DNA of 64,000 bases, from contig OZ320319.1 in NCBI GenBank assembly GCA_976226885.1, positions 30,132,001 through 30,196,000 of the forward strand. The letters are read 5' to 3'. Each line of letters opens with the position of its first letter. Position 1 is the first letter of the stretch. The translations under genes were made by a program, and so were the position numbers. This document shows positions 28,601 to 39,608 of the stretch, in pieces. The notes beneath the pieces are model-generated. The model did not search any database, was not told the origin of the DNA, and saw only the letters and a program-made list of their open reading frames with translations. This DNA is from Iphione sp. A-MEVVRFRX5. Lineage: Eukaryota.

Positions 28601-30779
28601 ATCTCAAAATAAGCCTTGTTGTGGATAGTAAGCTCCTACTAGGTCAACAATGTACAAGTTGTTGTCCATTGCTTCGGTTCAATCAATTCCTCGACTACCT
28701 GGTCTAAGCCTGTGGACAGCCCACCTCAGGTATGGTCATTAACCAAGAGACCAACCCCTAGAATCTGCCATTACAACTAGCCAGCCGCAACTGCCCCTGC
28801 CCGAACGTTGACAGGTGTGGCACAATGCCGTATCCCACGCAGGGGACCGTCTTTATCTAAACTGATGGATTCTCCTGTCGTTTGATGTCTTAATCAGTCT
28901 TGCCGGCCGTGCCATTAAGTATGCACGCCCATCGGCGCAAAGCGACTAATGGTCATCCGCTCTTCCATTGTGCATGCCACACCCCTTTGCTACCGCCCAC
29001 GTTAAGAGAAACCAGCGGACGTGACGTCACTGAGCTAAATATGATTGAAGGCCATCTTACATATAGATATGCCGATACAAATACAGACATATGTATATCT
29101 TCGGGCGATCTGGCCAGTGACCATCGCTCTGAAATATGGACGTACAGCCCGAATATCCTTGTTCATAATTATACTCTTGGCCGGCTCGATATTACAGCTC
29201 AAAGTACAATTCACTACTTTCATCAAATAATCATGGAACCAATAAAAAATATTCTCATTCCACCCAGTGCACTGGTTTGCTAAATCGAGAAAATGAATTC
29301 AATGCGAATTATTTTGTTGTATCAATGGCACAGATATTGCCCACAATTTCCATTGTCTCAGCAGATCAGAGACCTGCGAATGCATGATTGCAGCTGTGGA
29401 TAATTTATGGAATAAAACAACAATGTAAGAAATTTGTTCATAGACAGGTAGATACCACTGGTTTGACTCTCAAAGCTCAGTCGATACGGTGTTCTGAGGT
29501 TGAGACACTATATTTCAGCTAGCTAAGACATTCCTGAACTTTATTCAAGGGATGAAAAGCAGTTTGCACAGTTTTGAAGCAAATGGTAGACAGCTTATGA
29601 TATTAATTAAGAAAAATTGAAATACCGCAGATAATGCACGTTGCAAGTTGTGGACAAAACATTATGTAGATCAAAGCAAATATTTTGATTCTTCTAATCG
29701 TTAATAGGGTCTAGTTTCAAACTGTGACCTAGACCTGGTTGTTGTTACTGTGGTATCTCTATCAGGCGAAGCAAAAAATGATCTAGTACATTCCACATAT
29801 CAGGTTGACGGACAAACACCACATAAACAGGAAATGTAGAGAGATATATTCGACGATGTAAAACCTTGCAACCTAAATGTAAAAAGGCTCGTTCATGAAT
29901 CCATTACTGGATTATCACTTTGGCCTTTTTGGTTGAATTCTAACTATGGATATGTAAACTGCTATTCTTGTCTGTTCAATTTATCGGGAATAATGGATTA
30001 CTATTTAACTAAACTTTGAGTCATTTTATTCAACTAAAGTTTAATGCTCTTCAAAGCCGTAATAGCAATAAATAGATTTTCAAACATTTATAGGCACTGC
30101 AATTGTACTGAATACTGTCAATTATTCAGTTGATTTCCACATCATCACACGGAAAACAACTATATAATCACAGGATATTTCAATGTTGGGAGTTTGGTCG
30201 ATCCCTGGCGTTTATATTAAAATACGTGTAATATAATATATAGGAGTTATAATTTACCTGTCGGTAACCAAAATAATACAGGATACGTTATCTCCATGGT
30301 TCGAATACCCAACTATACGTAGATGTGTGGTTTAAGTGTATGTCTATGTCCATATTTGTGCACAGGTAGTATGATTTACACACAATATTCCTGAGATACT
30401 GTTAACGTTTCGAGTTTGCATATTCGTTTTCATGGACTGCATTTTTACTCGCCTTATGCATATTGCCCTGTACATGTACATCATCTATTTTGCGCCGAAG
30501 TGCCTTATGTTTTAATCGCTATGTACAGTCTTCCGTTTTTAGAGATTTCTATGCAATGTCCCCCTCTGTGTTATGAATGACTCCTAAAGAAGAGAAAAAT
30601 CCAACTTACTGTAAATTATTGCCCAAGTTTACAGTTACGGTGGTGGTGGTGCGGGCGGTACCTGGGTCTAGTGACCGACTTGCGGTGCTAAGGCCAAGTC
30701 CTGTGGCATCGACGGGCGTCGGTCGGTGGGCGGCCCGATGTAAAAGCCGGTGTTGAACGGTCACGGCCCCGGTATCTCA

Positions 30780-31320
30780 CCAGCAACTCCAAACTCGGTT
30801 GACACTCCGACTGTGTTGGCAACTAGGTAGGCGTCAATAACCTCTGCCCAAAGAGCAAGCTCTGCGATAACTGGAGAGGAGAGACGTCCTCCTGATGATG
30901 TAGTCCCTAGGGTCCGCCGTCTTCCTCCAGATAGTAGCCACTGGCCTGCCTACCGACAGCAGGAAAAACTGCGGGGGCGACTGTTGCTTCTCCTCCTTCT
31001 CTCGCTGCTCCACCTCCTCCACTCCTCATGCTCCTAAAGGGGGTGCCAGGCGCGCACCGCTGCCGAGCGGAGTTTGAAATGTTTGGAAGGAGGAGGAGGA
31101 GGAGGAGGAGGCGGCGGAGGAGGAGGAGGCGGAGGAGGCAGCCCGCTACCCCTGCCAGTCTGTCTGTGCGTCTCCTACCGGGGCGTGGGGCGTTTGGGGG
31201 CAAGCGATTGGGAGGTTGCGGTTGGGGTTTGAACGGTAGGCCAACTGAAGGTTGTGCAGAGGAGGAGGACGGGGAGAAGGGGCGGGGGGTGGCACTGGGG
31301 GTCCGATGCAGCAGCAGTCG
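30780..31320 (+). other. Candidate plus-strand first exon (GGA-rich 5'UTR, ATG CAG CAG CAG TCG then donor)
   Basis: GC-rich upstream block 30640-30770, pyrimidine-rich stretch, (GGA/GGC)n 31088-31138, ATG at 31306 and perfect donor TCG|GTAAGT at 31321. Confidence 0.35.
30781..30870 (-). CDS. Candidate 90-nt phase 1-1 exon (VIAELALWAEVIDAYLVANTVGVSTEFGVA)
   Basis: Acceptor GTCTCTCCTCTCCAG|, donor GCTG|GTGAGA. Only the phase-1 frame is stop-free, compatible with the phase-1 MSE exon. The peptide is not recognised. Confidence 0.3.
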
Positions 31321-33308
31321 GTAAGTCACTCAGAATAGTGAGTCGACCACTGTGTCAGTTGGCGGTTGTGGACTACATTCATTAAACAAGGCCATGGACC
31401 CGACCAACAAGCAGCAGTGTAGGAATCGAACGGTGCTCTATCGACACCTCAACAGATCCACGCACCCATGATAATGTATATGGGTGAGCTGTGGTTGTGC
31501 ACATGGGTTTGGATGTGATTATATTGGCCTGTCTCAGATCTTAGGAGTCGGCTGAAAGTAATTGAAATATAGAAGGGCACATGTGTCTCGTTGAGTAGGT
31601 CTATATAAGAAACATGTGGGAGAGTCGATCGGTGTGGTTGCAGAAGATAAAAGTTCCCCCGGCTGACAGGAAAGTGTATCAAAGACTGAGTACGAGAGAT
31701 CATCTTTACTGCCTTTGGTTTAAATGATTGAATCATGCTTGTTGCCATATATCAATTAATTATTGGAAAAATTCACCAGGGCAAGCGAGTCTTTATAGTG
31801 TTTAAGTGCGTCGATATTTTGTCTTTGTGCACTTGAAATATTTAAATGGAGAAGAATGGTAGATGAACAAAATAAACAGCAAGAGCTTTTAGCCTCATTG
31901 GTTGTCATATTATTATTATTGTTTGAAAATACCTAAAAATATTTTGTTTGAAATTCTGACCTATCGGCACTAACGGGGCGAAAATATATTTAGTTTATTT
32001 TTAATATACTTTTAGTTCTTTTCTGGTATCCATGTACAGGATAAAGGAAATACATGTTCGGTGCTTCCTCGAAAGGGCACAGTTTAAAATTTCCATGAAT
32101 GTACAAATTATGCCGACTTCCATAAATATTGGATTAAATGTAATGTTACTGCTGTTATGATGATAGGATTGAAATTTGTAGCTAGCCCTCTATGTACAAT
32201 CGATGCCATTTGCTCATTTGACGTCAGAATTTGCAGTTTTTATTATAACAGAAGTATTTATTCACTGCGTTTATTCAAGTTGTCTTTTAAAAAAAAATAT
32301 ATATATGTATTGAACGAATATAAATACATATTATACATTAACCATTTTGCTGAAGCCCTAGATCGAAGTTTGTTTGATAATGGCTGCATTATTGCAGTTG
32401 GTTTTGTCTATCGGAACGCAACGGCAGGAATTAAGTTTTTCATATGGAGTTATCCACGTGCTTGGCAAGCATACATGTCGACGAACTATGCACTCGAGTT
32501 TAGCTCCGGAATTCTTAAAGAAAAATACTGATCATATTTTCTCATTTGCGTTGTCCCTACGTGCATTTACACATAAAACTTTGTTTGATGTCAAGGTAGT
32601 ATCTGAAAATGACATCCACCTAGTTCAAGTGATTTTCTCTACAAAGACCAGGGGAGCCTGTCAACTTACATAATTGGTAGATTTTAATTTACAAGAGAAA
32701 GGAACATATAGCGCACATCTTCCTCGGCTATAACTAGATGCTGCACCGAAAGTCTACTCCGAAAGGCATTTGCCATGAAGGTGTCATAAAATCAGCAGAT
32801 AGTGGAATGTCTTGGGCTCTTTCCTGATTGTTCTGATTGGGTGGGTAGATTGCGTGCGGGCCCAGGTCCGAAGGGGACTCTGTAATGCCCAATTCAGCTC
32901 AAGGCTTCGATGGGGGTTGAGCTGCTGTGCCTCGGGCGGAGGCCAGCGTCGAGAGTTGCTCCTCTGCCCGGCCCAGAGGGCTCCTTCAACAAATTACATC
33001 CATTCGGTCTGTCCTTCTGATGTGAGAGCCTCCCTTCAATACGTCAATTTATATACTCAACCCGAGCAACTAGTCAGCAATACCATCTTCCCCACCGGAC
33101 GCTGCTGCCCTTATCACTGAAAGGCCAGCAGGGCAAACATCTCTTGTGACATATTGTATGGTTTTATCTTTATATAACCGGTATCATTTGTTCCTTATTT
33201 CTTATTAGATTCTACATACAGTAGACCCATGCTTACCGAACTTGGGTATGTTTCACCTAAAGTCATTTGGGTATGTATAATCGTTTGGCTATGGAAAATT
33301 CCTTGTTC

Positions 33309-33498
33309 AATGCTAAACCTTCTTTTGAGTTATTTCCTCACTAGATATACCGTAAGCCATTCTTTCTGATGCTCCGAGGCCCTAATCCAGTACTAAACCT
33401 TTATTTCAGTATTTGTCACACTTCATATATGCACTCACATCCATTCTCTCTGATGTACTCAGGCCCTAATCCAATGCTAAACCTTTGTTATTTCAGTA
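33309..33498. repeat. Tandem duplication, ~84-bp period
   Basis: CCATTCT(T/C)TCTGATG..AGGCCCTAATCCA.T.CTAAACCTTT..ATTTCAGTA at 33357 and 33441, partial unit at 33309. Confidence 0.8.
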
Positions 33499-34377
33499 AT
33501 TTTTGAGTAAGTGACATACAGGGTGTCTTCTCCTGTTTGTAGTAGCAGTATTAAATTTCCTACATAGATTACAATATCAAGCGTTCAATTTCTGCCCAGG
33601 AATTATCCTCAGGGAAATTGATTTCAACGAGTTATTCAATCATATGAAATATTCTTTATACCGACGGAGAGCCATGTTACAGTGATACGTTGCAATCAAC
33701 GAATGAAATATTCCACCAATACTAAATAATTTTGCAGACCATCGCCTATATTATGCACACCGACATGTTTTCTCGGAAAAGCGGTCATCATCGAGTTCTA
33801 ATTACATTTAAAGCGTTAGATGGAGACCACTTGCAACGACCGCTCCCTATCAACACACTGATCAGGATCATGCTCAAAACGGTTGTTGTTCTTTTACAAA
33901 TTGACGTTCTCTTTGACAGCAGAACAAAAGCATGCAGTAAGCTATCGACCTCGAAGTGTCACTTGGCGGCGAGTCCCCGCTGGGGGTAATGGGCTTAAGA
34001 CGACCGGCATTCCACCCTTGAGGCTCATCCTTACATTATGCATGATAGCACACGAACCGCGAGAACAATGCTAAGCCGACCGGTCCGCCAGAAAACCTGT
34101 TAAGGTTAATGTACATCTACATCCATCCTTAAGGTCATAAAACCAATGCCGTTTCTTTTCTCCAGGAATGCAACTGTACCTGACAGTGACACACGTTCCA
34201 TCGTTTCGGCCATAGACCTACTTACAAACAACTGGAGGGTTCCTGTTTTTTTCTAAAACCTCATATGAATGTTGAAACTATGGAAATATAAATGGAAACT
34301 ATTTTGCATACAAGTACGGTCCTCTGTGGTTGAATGGCAATTCGAGACCTATGCAAAACTTTCTTAAAAGCGTCTTA

Positions 34378-34704
34378 GGCCTATTAAACAATTAAGTGTG
34401 TTTCTGGTAATCTTGGTGGCTATTGGAACTTTTTATTTTATAATTGCTTTGTAAACATTTTGGTAATGAATAATCATAGAGACTTGTACAATACAACATT
34501 GTGTTTCTTAGAGTACCATGGCTTTCATATAATACCAGTTTTATTACAATCTAAGCAACATAAATGATACTACCGTATGCATGATTTTGTTTCTCTGAGT
34601 ATGAATTAACATTAAAAAGAAGAAAAAGAAACAAAAATACCACCTACCTACCGACCTTCAATATCTTCAGCATGTTACCGGAAACAGAAAACCTTTTTTA
34701 GGCC
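34378..34704. mobile_element. PIF/Harbinger-type MITE (TTA TSD)
   Basis: TTA|GGCCTATTAAACAATTAAGTGTGTTTCTGGTAA ... GTTACCGGAAACAGAAAACCTTTTTTAGGCC|TTA, with subterminal CCTACCTACCGACC. Confidence 0.8.
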
Positions 34705-37207
34705 TTATTCATATAAGCGGTTTAAATGGGATATTTTGAAAAAAAACACTGGTTATTCATCTACAGAACTTTAAATTGTGATTCTCGAATTGCAATTTTT
34801 GCTGGTAGTTCCATAGTTCCACACGTTTCGTTCTTGGGTATAGTAACACAAGAGAATAAGCTCCCACCTAGAATGGTTGCTCCAATTCGGTCCCTGGGGA
34901 TTTATGTAACACTTAATGCGCGTGAGCACAAGGTGACGCCACTGAATGTCTTTGTCACTAGGCTTTGAGAAGGAAAACACCTTGATGGCCAAGGTCATAT
35001 CTTACATCTGACAGTAGATGTGCTTTCACCTTCCCTAAGATGAAACATAGATAACATAGACCAATGTATATCCCCCCTCTGACAGAGTGTCAATAAGATG
35101 ATTTCAGAATACTTTTTCGTATTTCTTTTTTAGAAGATTTTTTTTCATCTGTGGGTAGGTTCTAACTGAGAAATAACTACGTGGAGTACGCTCACCGACT
35201 AAGACAGAAGGATAGATATAGGGGGAATTTAATTTAAAAAATGGTTCAAGAAAAGGAGTAGAATTTAACAGTGCTGTTTAGTTTTGGTGATTATTTTGTT
35301 GGATATTTATATAAAAAAATCATTGGGGCCTAAATCTAATAAGATATCTGTTGATATTTAAAGATGTGTCTCCTACGTCTTTTACTGTAACGACAAAGGA
35401 TACTACTCCTTTCGAAGACTTAACTCCTTATTGACATAGCACCTGTCTCTATTCAGCTGTCATTTTCTCGTTCATGACTTAAATCATAATGTAATTATTC
35501 TGTCATGCTCACGTGAAGGTTTACGTTATCCTGCCTCGAAAGCTAAGTTACTATGACAATGTAGAGAGTGATAAGCAGGACATATACACGGGCGTGCCAC
35601 CAGTTGACAACTGAAAATGATATAGCTTTTTCATTAATCCCCTCGTGTTCATATGCTGAGAATATCATCTTCGCTTCTGAAGGTATTAAAATTGTATAAT
35701 GTATTTACATGCTATTCTGAATGTCTGCCTTATCTTGTGAGTTGTGTCTATTTTACCACCGTATGGATAGCCGATTTCTATTCAATAAAAGAAATAAAGG
35801 GCTGACAGATAGCCTACGACTAGGTATATACGGAGGCTGTTATGAATAAGGTAATAAAACCCCGAAAGGCTTTTGTAAACATTCCGCGCTTGCTTTAAAC
35901 CACAAAGAGGGGCTATTTGTGGTACATGATACATGTATTTGCCTCGGTAACATTGGTTTGGACTCAGTACAGGCTTTCATACGTTATGATAGGACGAGTG
36001 GGGAATTACAGATAATTGGAGTATGTTGGTCCCTCTGTGGCCAGGCATAATTACTGATTTTCTTTCGCCTGTTCAGTGTCACGTCAACTCGACGATATCT
36101 ATAGGGATTCTTTCTCTTTTTTTCGCAGCGGTAAGAACACGACGTAAATGCTGCTTTACACAAAACATAAGTCTGACTTTGGACCTTTGCGCGCATGACA
36201 TGCGACAGTGCCTCGTATATAACACTTAACTGCCCGTTGACGTAACTTCACGCCTCTTAAAGGAACATAATATCACCCAGGGAGACACTGATAATGTAAG
36301 AAAGAGAGTATTTTTACGTAAAGGCGAAATCATTGTTTTTTTTTTCAAAAAAGATCCCGAGCTTGATACGGCTGTCAACAATCTTTGACAATGAGAGAGG
36401 GGGAAGCAAAAGTCTATAGTCTTCCTTTACATGGAATACGTGTATCTGCATGTTTCCCTCTCAGGATTTAAACAAATTCTAGTATAACATTATTTGAATG
36501 TGAGAATATAGAATTTGTTTTGCATCCATGTGTTTATTCCTAATAATTGATATAAAAGATTATAATATTTTGAAAGTGGTGAAACTGTAATAATATATAT
36601 TTCCCACCGCTCATATGGGATACTAAGCTCCAGGGACATATATCTCAGCTTAAATAATGATCGCATAATGTCGGATCTTTCCCCACTGCTATGGATGCAT
36701 CAAAGAAACACTTATTCGCAACCTAGGAATATATTGGTTAAATAACGGATAAGAATAGCGTATATAAAATTATAGTCACTTTCTACCAACCTACCTAAGA
36801 CGAGATATCCTAGAAAAATACTCAACGCTTAGCTTACTGAAATGTCATCATAACAGCAGAAATATGATGTATATATCCTTTGCTTACTCTCAACATCGAT
36901 ATTGGACAGGAAGAGGCCATTTCTATAACCATATCAAATGGTTTTACTTATTTTAGTGGTTGCGTCCTGGGGTGTGGCGCTACAACTGTACGCCACAGGC
37001 AAAGGAGGGGTACACCCAAAACACAATGCAATGGCTTCCCAAACAGGACATCGGCATTTTGAGGTGGTTTCTTCTTCCGTGAAGGCATATAGTGTGTGCA
37101 CCTTAACAGTCGATGTGGCAGTCGTAAACATGTCCTCGTTAAAATCAGGTCGGTTTCAATAGAACGTACGATCAACTTTCGGGCATATTGAAGAGGTTGT
37201 TATTTAC

Positions 37208-37280
37208 CTTCTGACATGGCGATCACGTGAGAGAATCTGGCCAGTAGTTAGTTGCGAACCGGATGGTGGCTGGACGTCTC
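37208..37280 (-). CDS. Candidate start-codon exon (63 nt 5'UTR plus ATG TCA GAA G; M-S-E, phase 1) of an unidentified minus-strand gene
   Basis: Strong acceptor CTCTCTCTTTTTTCAATTATTTCCCAG|, in-frame TAA upstream of GATCGCCATG (G at -3), donor GAAG|GTAAAT. No homology evidence. Confidence 0.45.
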
Positions 37281-38622
37281 CTGGGAAATAATTGAAAAAA
37301 GAGAGAGATTCAAACACAAAGGCGGAGGAGGATCGCTGTAGGAGCACGAGTGAGAGACACACCATCGGTTTGTGCGATAATATCAACCTGATGTGTGTCC
37401 AGATAGTAAGTGCTAGACGGAGGAAGCAGGGACGGTGATTCAGCTATGAGGAGGGTTGCGATCTGAAATTTGAGTCACCATAGCGACTGTCACCATAGAG
37501 ATAGATAGGCGTGAATCAGACGCTGCTCTCCTGATGCTGTTCTCAGTGGCGACGGTGCCGCTGCCACCGATGCTGCTGGCGCCACGACGGCTGTTGCTCT
37601 TGTGGTTTCTTCAGAACAGTCTCAGACTGTAGCTGTTAACCTTCTAGTCGCCACCTCCACCACCGCCTCCGCCACTGCCCAGAGCCTTGCGTAGGCTGCC
37701 GCAGTGGCATTGCAACCAGGGGATATGGGCTAACGGGGTAACTACCTAAGATGGATGCGAACTTAATAAGCTCTTATCAATTAAAATCCGCAGCTGAGAT
37801 CCTAAATATCCCCCGCATCTCCCAACTGCCTGCACTCGCCATCTTCCGATCACTGATAAGCACGATGAATATGAAACTGGGCGAGGACACGAGACTAAAA
37901 AGACCGGCGAAAAAAAGGGAAGGCTGTCCTGAAATTCATTCCTTGTCATCCCTCGTTGTCAGCCTCGGGTGTTCGCACGGCGGAGAGCTTCAAGGCAACG
38001 ACGGAGGGGAAAAAACTATTGCTGCGATTTGGTGAGTTAATAATAGACCCCGCGCGGAGCGTGAATGACGCCCGCGCGGTTCCCGCGCCTCTCCGCGCCC
38101 GCGCCGCTCTGGGGGGCGCCAAGGATGCGGCGCCGATGGCGGCGCCCGTCGACGGCTAACTGAGCGCAGCCGACGAGTGAGACCGGGAATTAGCACGTCA
38201 CGGTCAATTATCGCTCAGCCGGACCCTGAGCTCGGCGCCGACGGAAAAAAGCATCCCGATCAGATAAGGAAGAGAAAGGCCGACGCCATTTTGTTCTTTT
38301 TTTTCTTTTGACACCTTTTCTTCGTCTGTTCCCTTTGTTCGCAGGTATCGTATAATCGCTGCTGTTCTGTTCGGTGAGGGCAGTGGGGCTGGTAAGGTTT
38401 GTTATATCAAAGACGGCCATGACACATTTAACGCACCGGCATGTCCATAAATGGGACCGTGTCACCCTCAAATTTAAACCATTTTGACCAGAAATGATTT
38501 TCATATGCGCAAGGGAGCTCAGCAATGCGCAAAAGGGAAGCTCCTGGAAATATTTATTTATAGATTTTTAGACAAAGCGTCCATTCTTGCCTACTTTTGA
38601 ATGGCAGTATACTTGTACTCAC

Positions 38623-39050
38623 CTCCTACGAAATCATTGCTAAGCAGGAGTCCGTCAGCTGCCGAGGTCACTATGACGGCACTCTTTCCTCGAAATGATC
38701 CTCTTGAAGACACGGAAGGCCCTACAAGATTCTTCAACAAGTTCGAGCGCAAATTCTGCTAGTCCCAGTTAGTACCGCAACACTGTGGGTGCATGTCTCT
38801 GAGCACCGCCTTGCTGGTCGTGCACTGGTCTCATCTAGCTCCGTTCTCGTTGAAGCTTGGTCTTACCAGGTCACCGTCCAATGGTGGGGCTGCCTGTAAA
38901 GTAACGGTGCGGAGTGCCTTCAGGTCGCTGCTCCCGGGAGCTGCTCCCACTCCTCCACCACCTCCTCCTCCTCCTCCTCCTACTGCGCCTACCGCTCCAG
39001 GTGTGAGCCACATCAGGTGGGCATGTCTTCCTCTAGGAGCTGCTCGGTGT
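38623..39050 (-). other. Candidate non-coding first exon (5'UTR) of the minus-strand gene
   Basis: Lies in a CpG island downstream of NRF1-like GCGCATGC and CRE-like ACGTCA motifs. Contains a (GGA)n tract typical of 5'UTRs and ends in the consensus donor GGAG|GTGAGT at 38623/38622. The 5' limit is a guess. Confidence 0.4.
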
Positions 39051-39426
39051 GTGTGACGTTGGCTGATAGTGGCGCAGGGCTGCGGTGGGCGTCCCTTCTC
39101 GACTGCATTGCCGCGCACGCGCCCTCATGTCCTCAGCATGCGCAACCCAACATCACTCTCCCCAGCATCCCTCAACGTCCGACCCCCTCTCCTTTGTCCA
39201 GGCACTGACCGAAATAAACTATTTTGTCAAAGAAGCGTCCGTATTGCCTCTAACACAAATTGACGATGCATTGCAGGAGATTTTGCGGATTAATTTGTTC
39301 CCTTTAAACGCTTTATTGTGTTGTTTTATTTTTCATTTTCTTTTTGTGCATTGTCCTCGCCGTATCATTGTCATTCACCTTTTTTCGCTGCTGTTTGACT
39401 TTTGGTGAATGTTCTCCTCCTTTTAG

Positions 39427-39608
39427 CTACATCTTCTTAATGAAAGGGCTCATCCCTTCATGTGACTCTGTAACATCACCTGGCACTCCAGTGTGATCGT
39501 CGTTCACTTTCGTGCGGGGGCGCCACAGGCAGGGGTGGCATAGGCCCTGATCGATCTGTATGTGTGCCTCGTGCAGGGACAGTTCAGCGTTCCGGTGGCC
39601 TCTTATAG
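39427..39608 (+). ncRNA. Candidate plus-strand internal exon, stops in all three frames (non-coding or UTR)
   Basis: Long polypyrimidine tract ending GTTCTCCTCCTTTTAG| and donor TATAG|GTAATC. Confidence 0.3.

Noticed and set aside
30907-31329. Poly-Arg / poly-Leu ORFs on both strands
   Set aside because: Translations of the (GGA)n tract, better explained as UTR low complexity.
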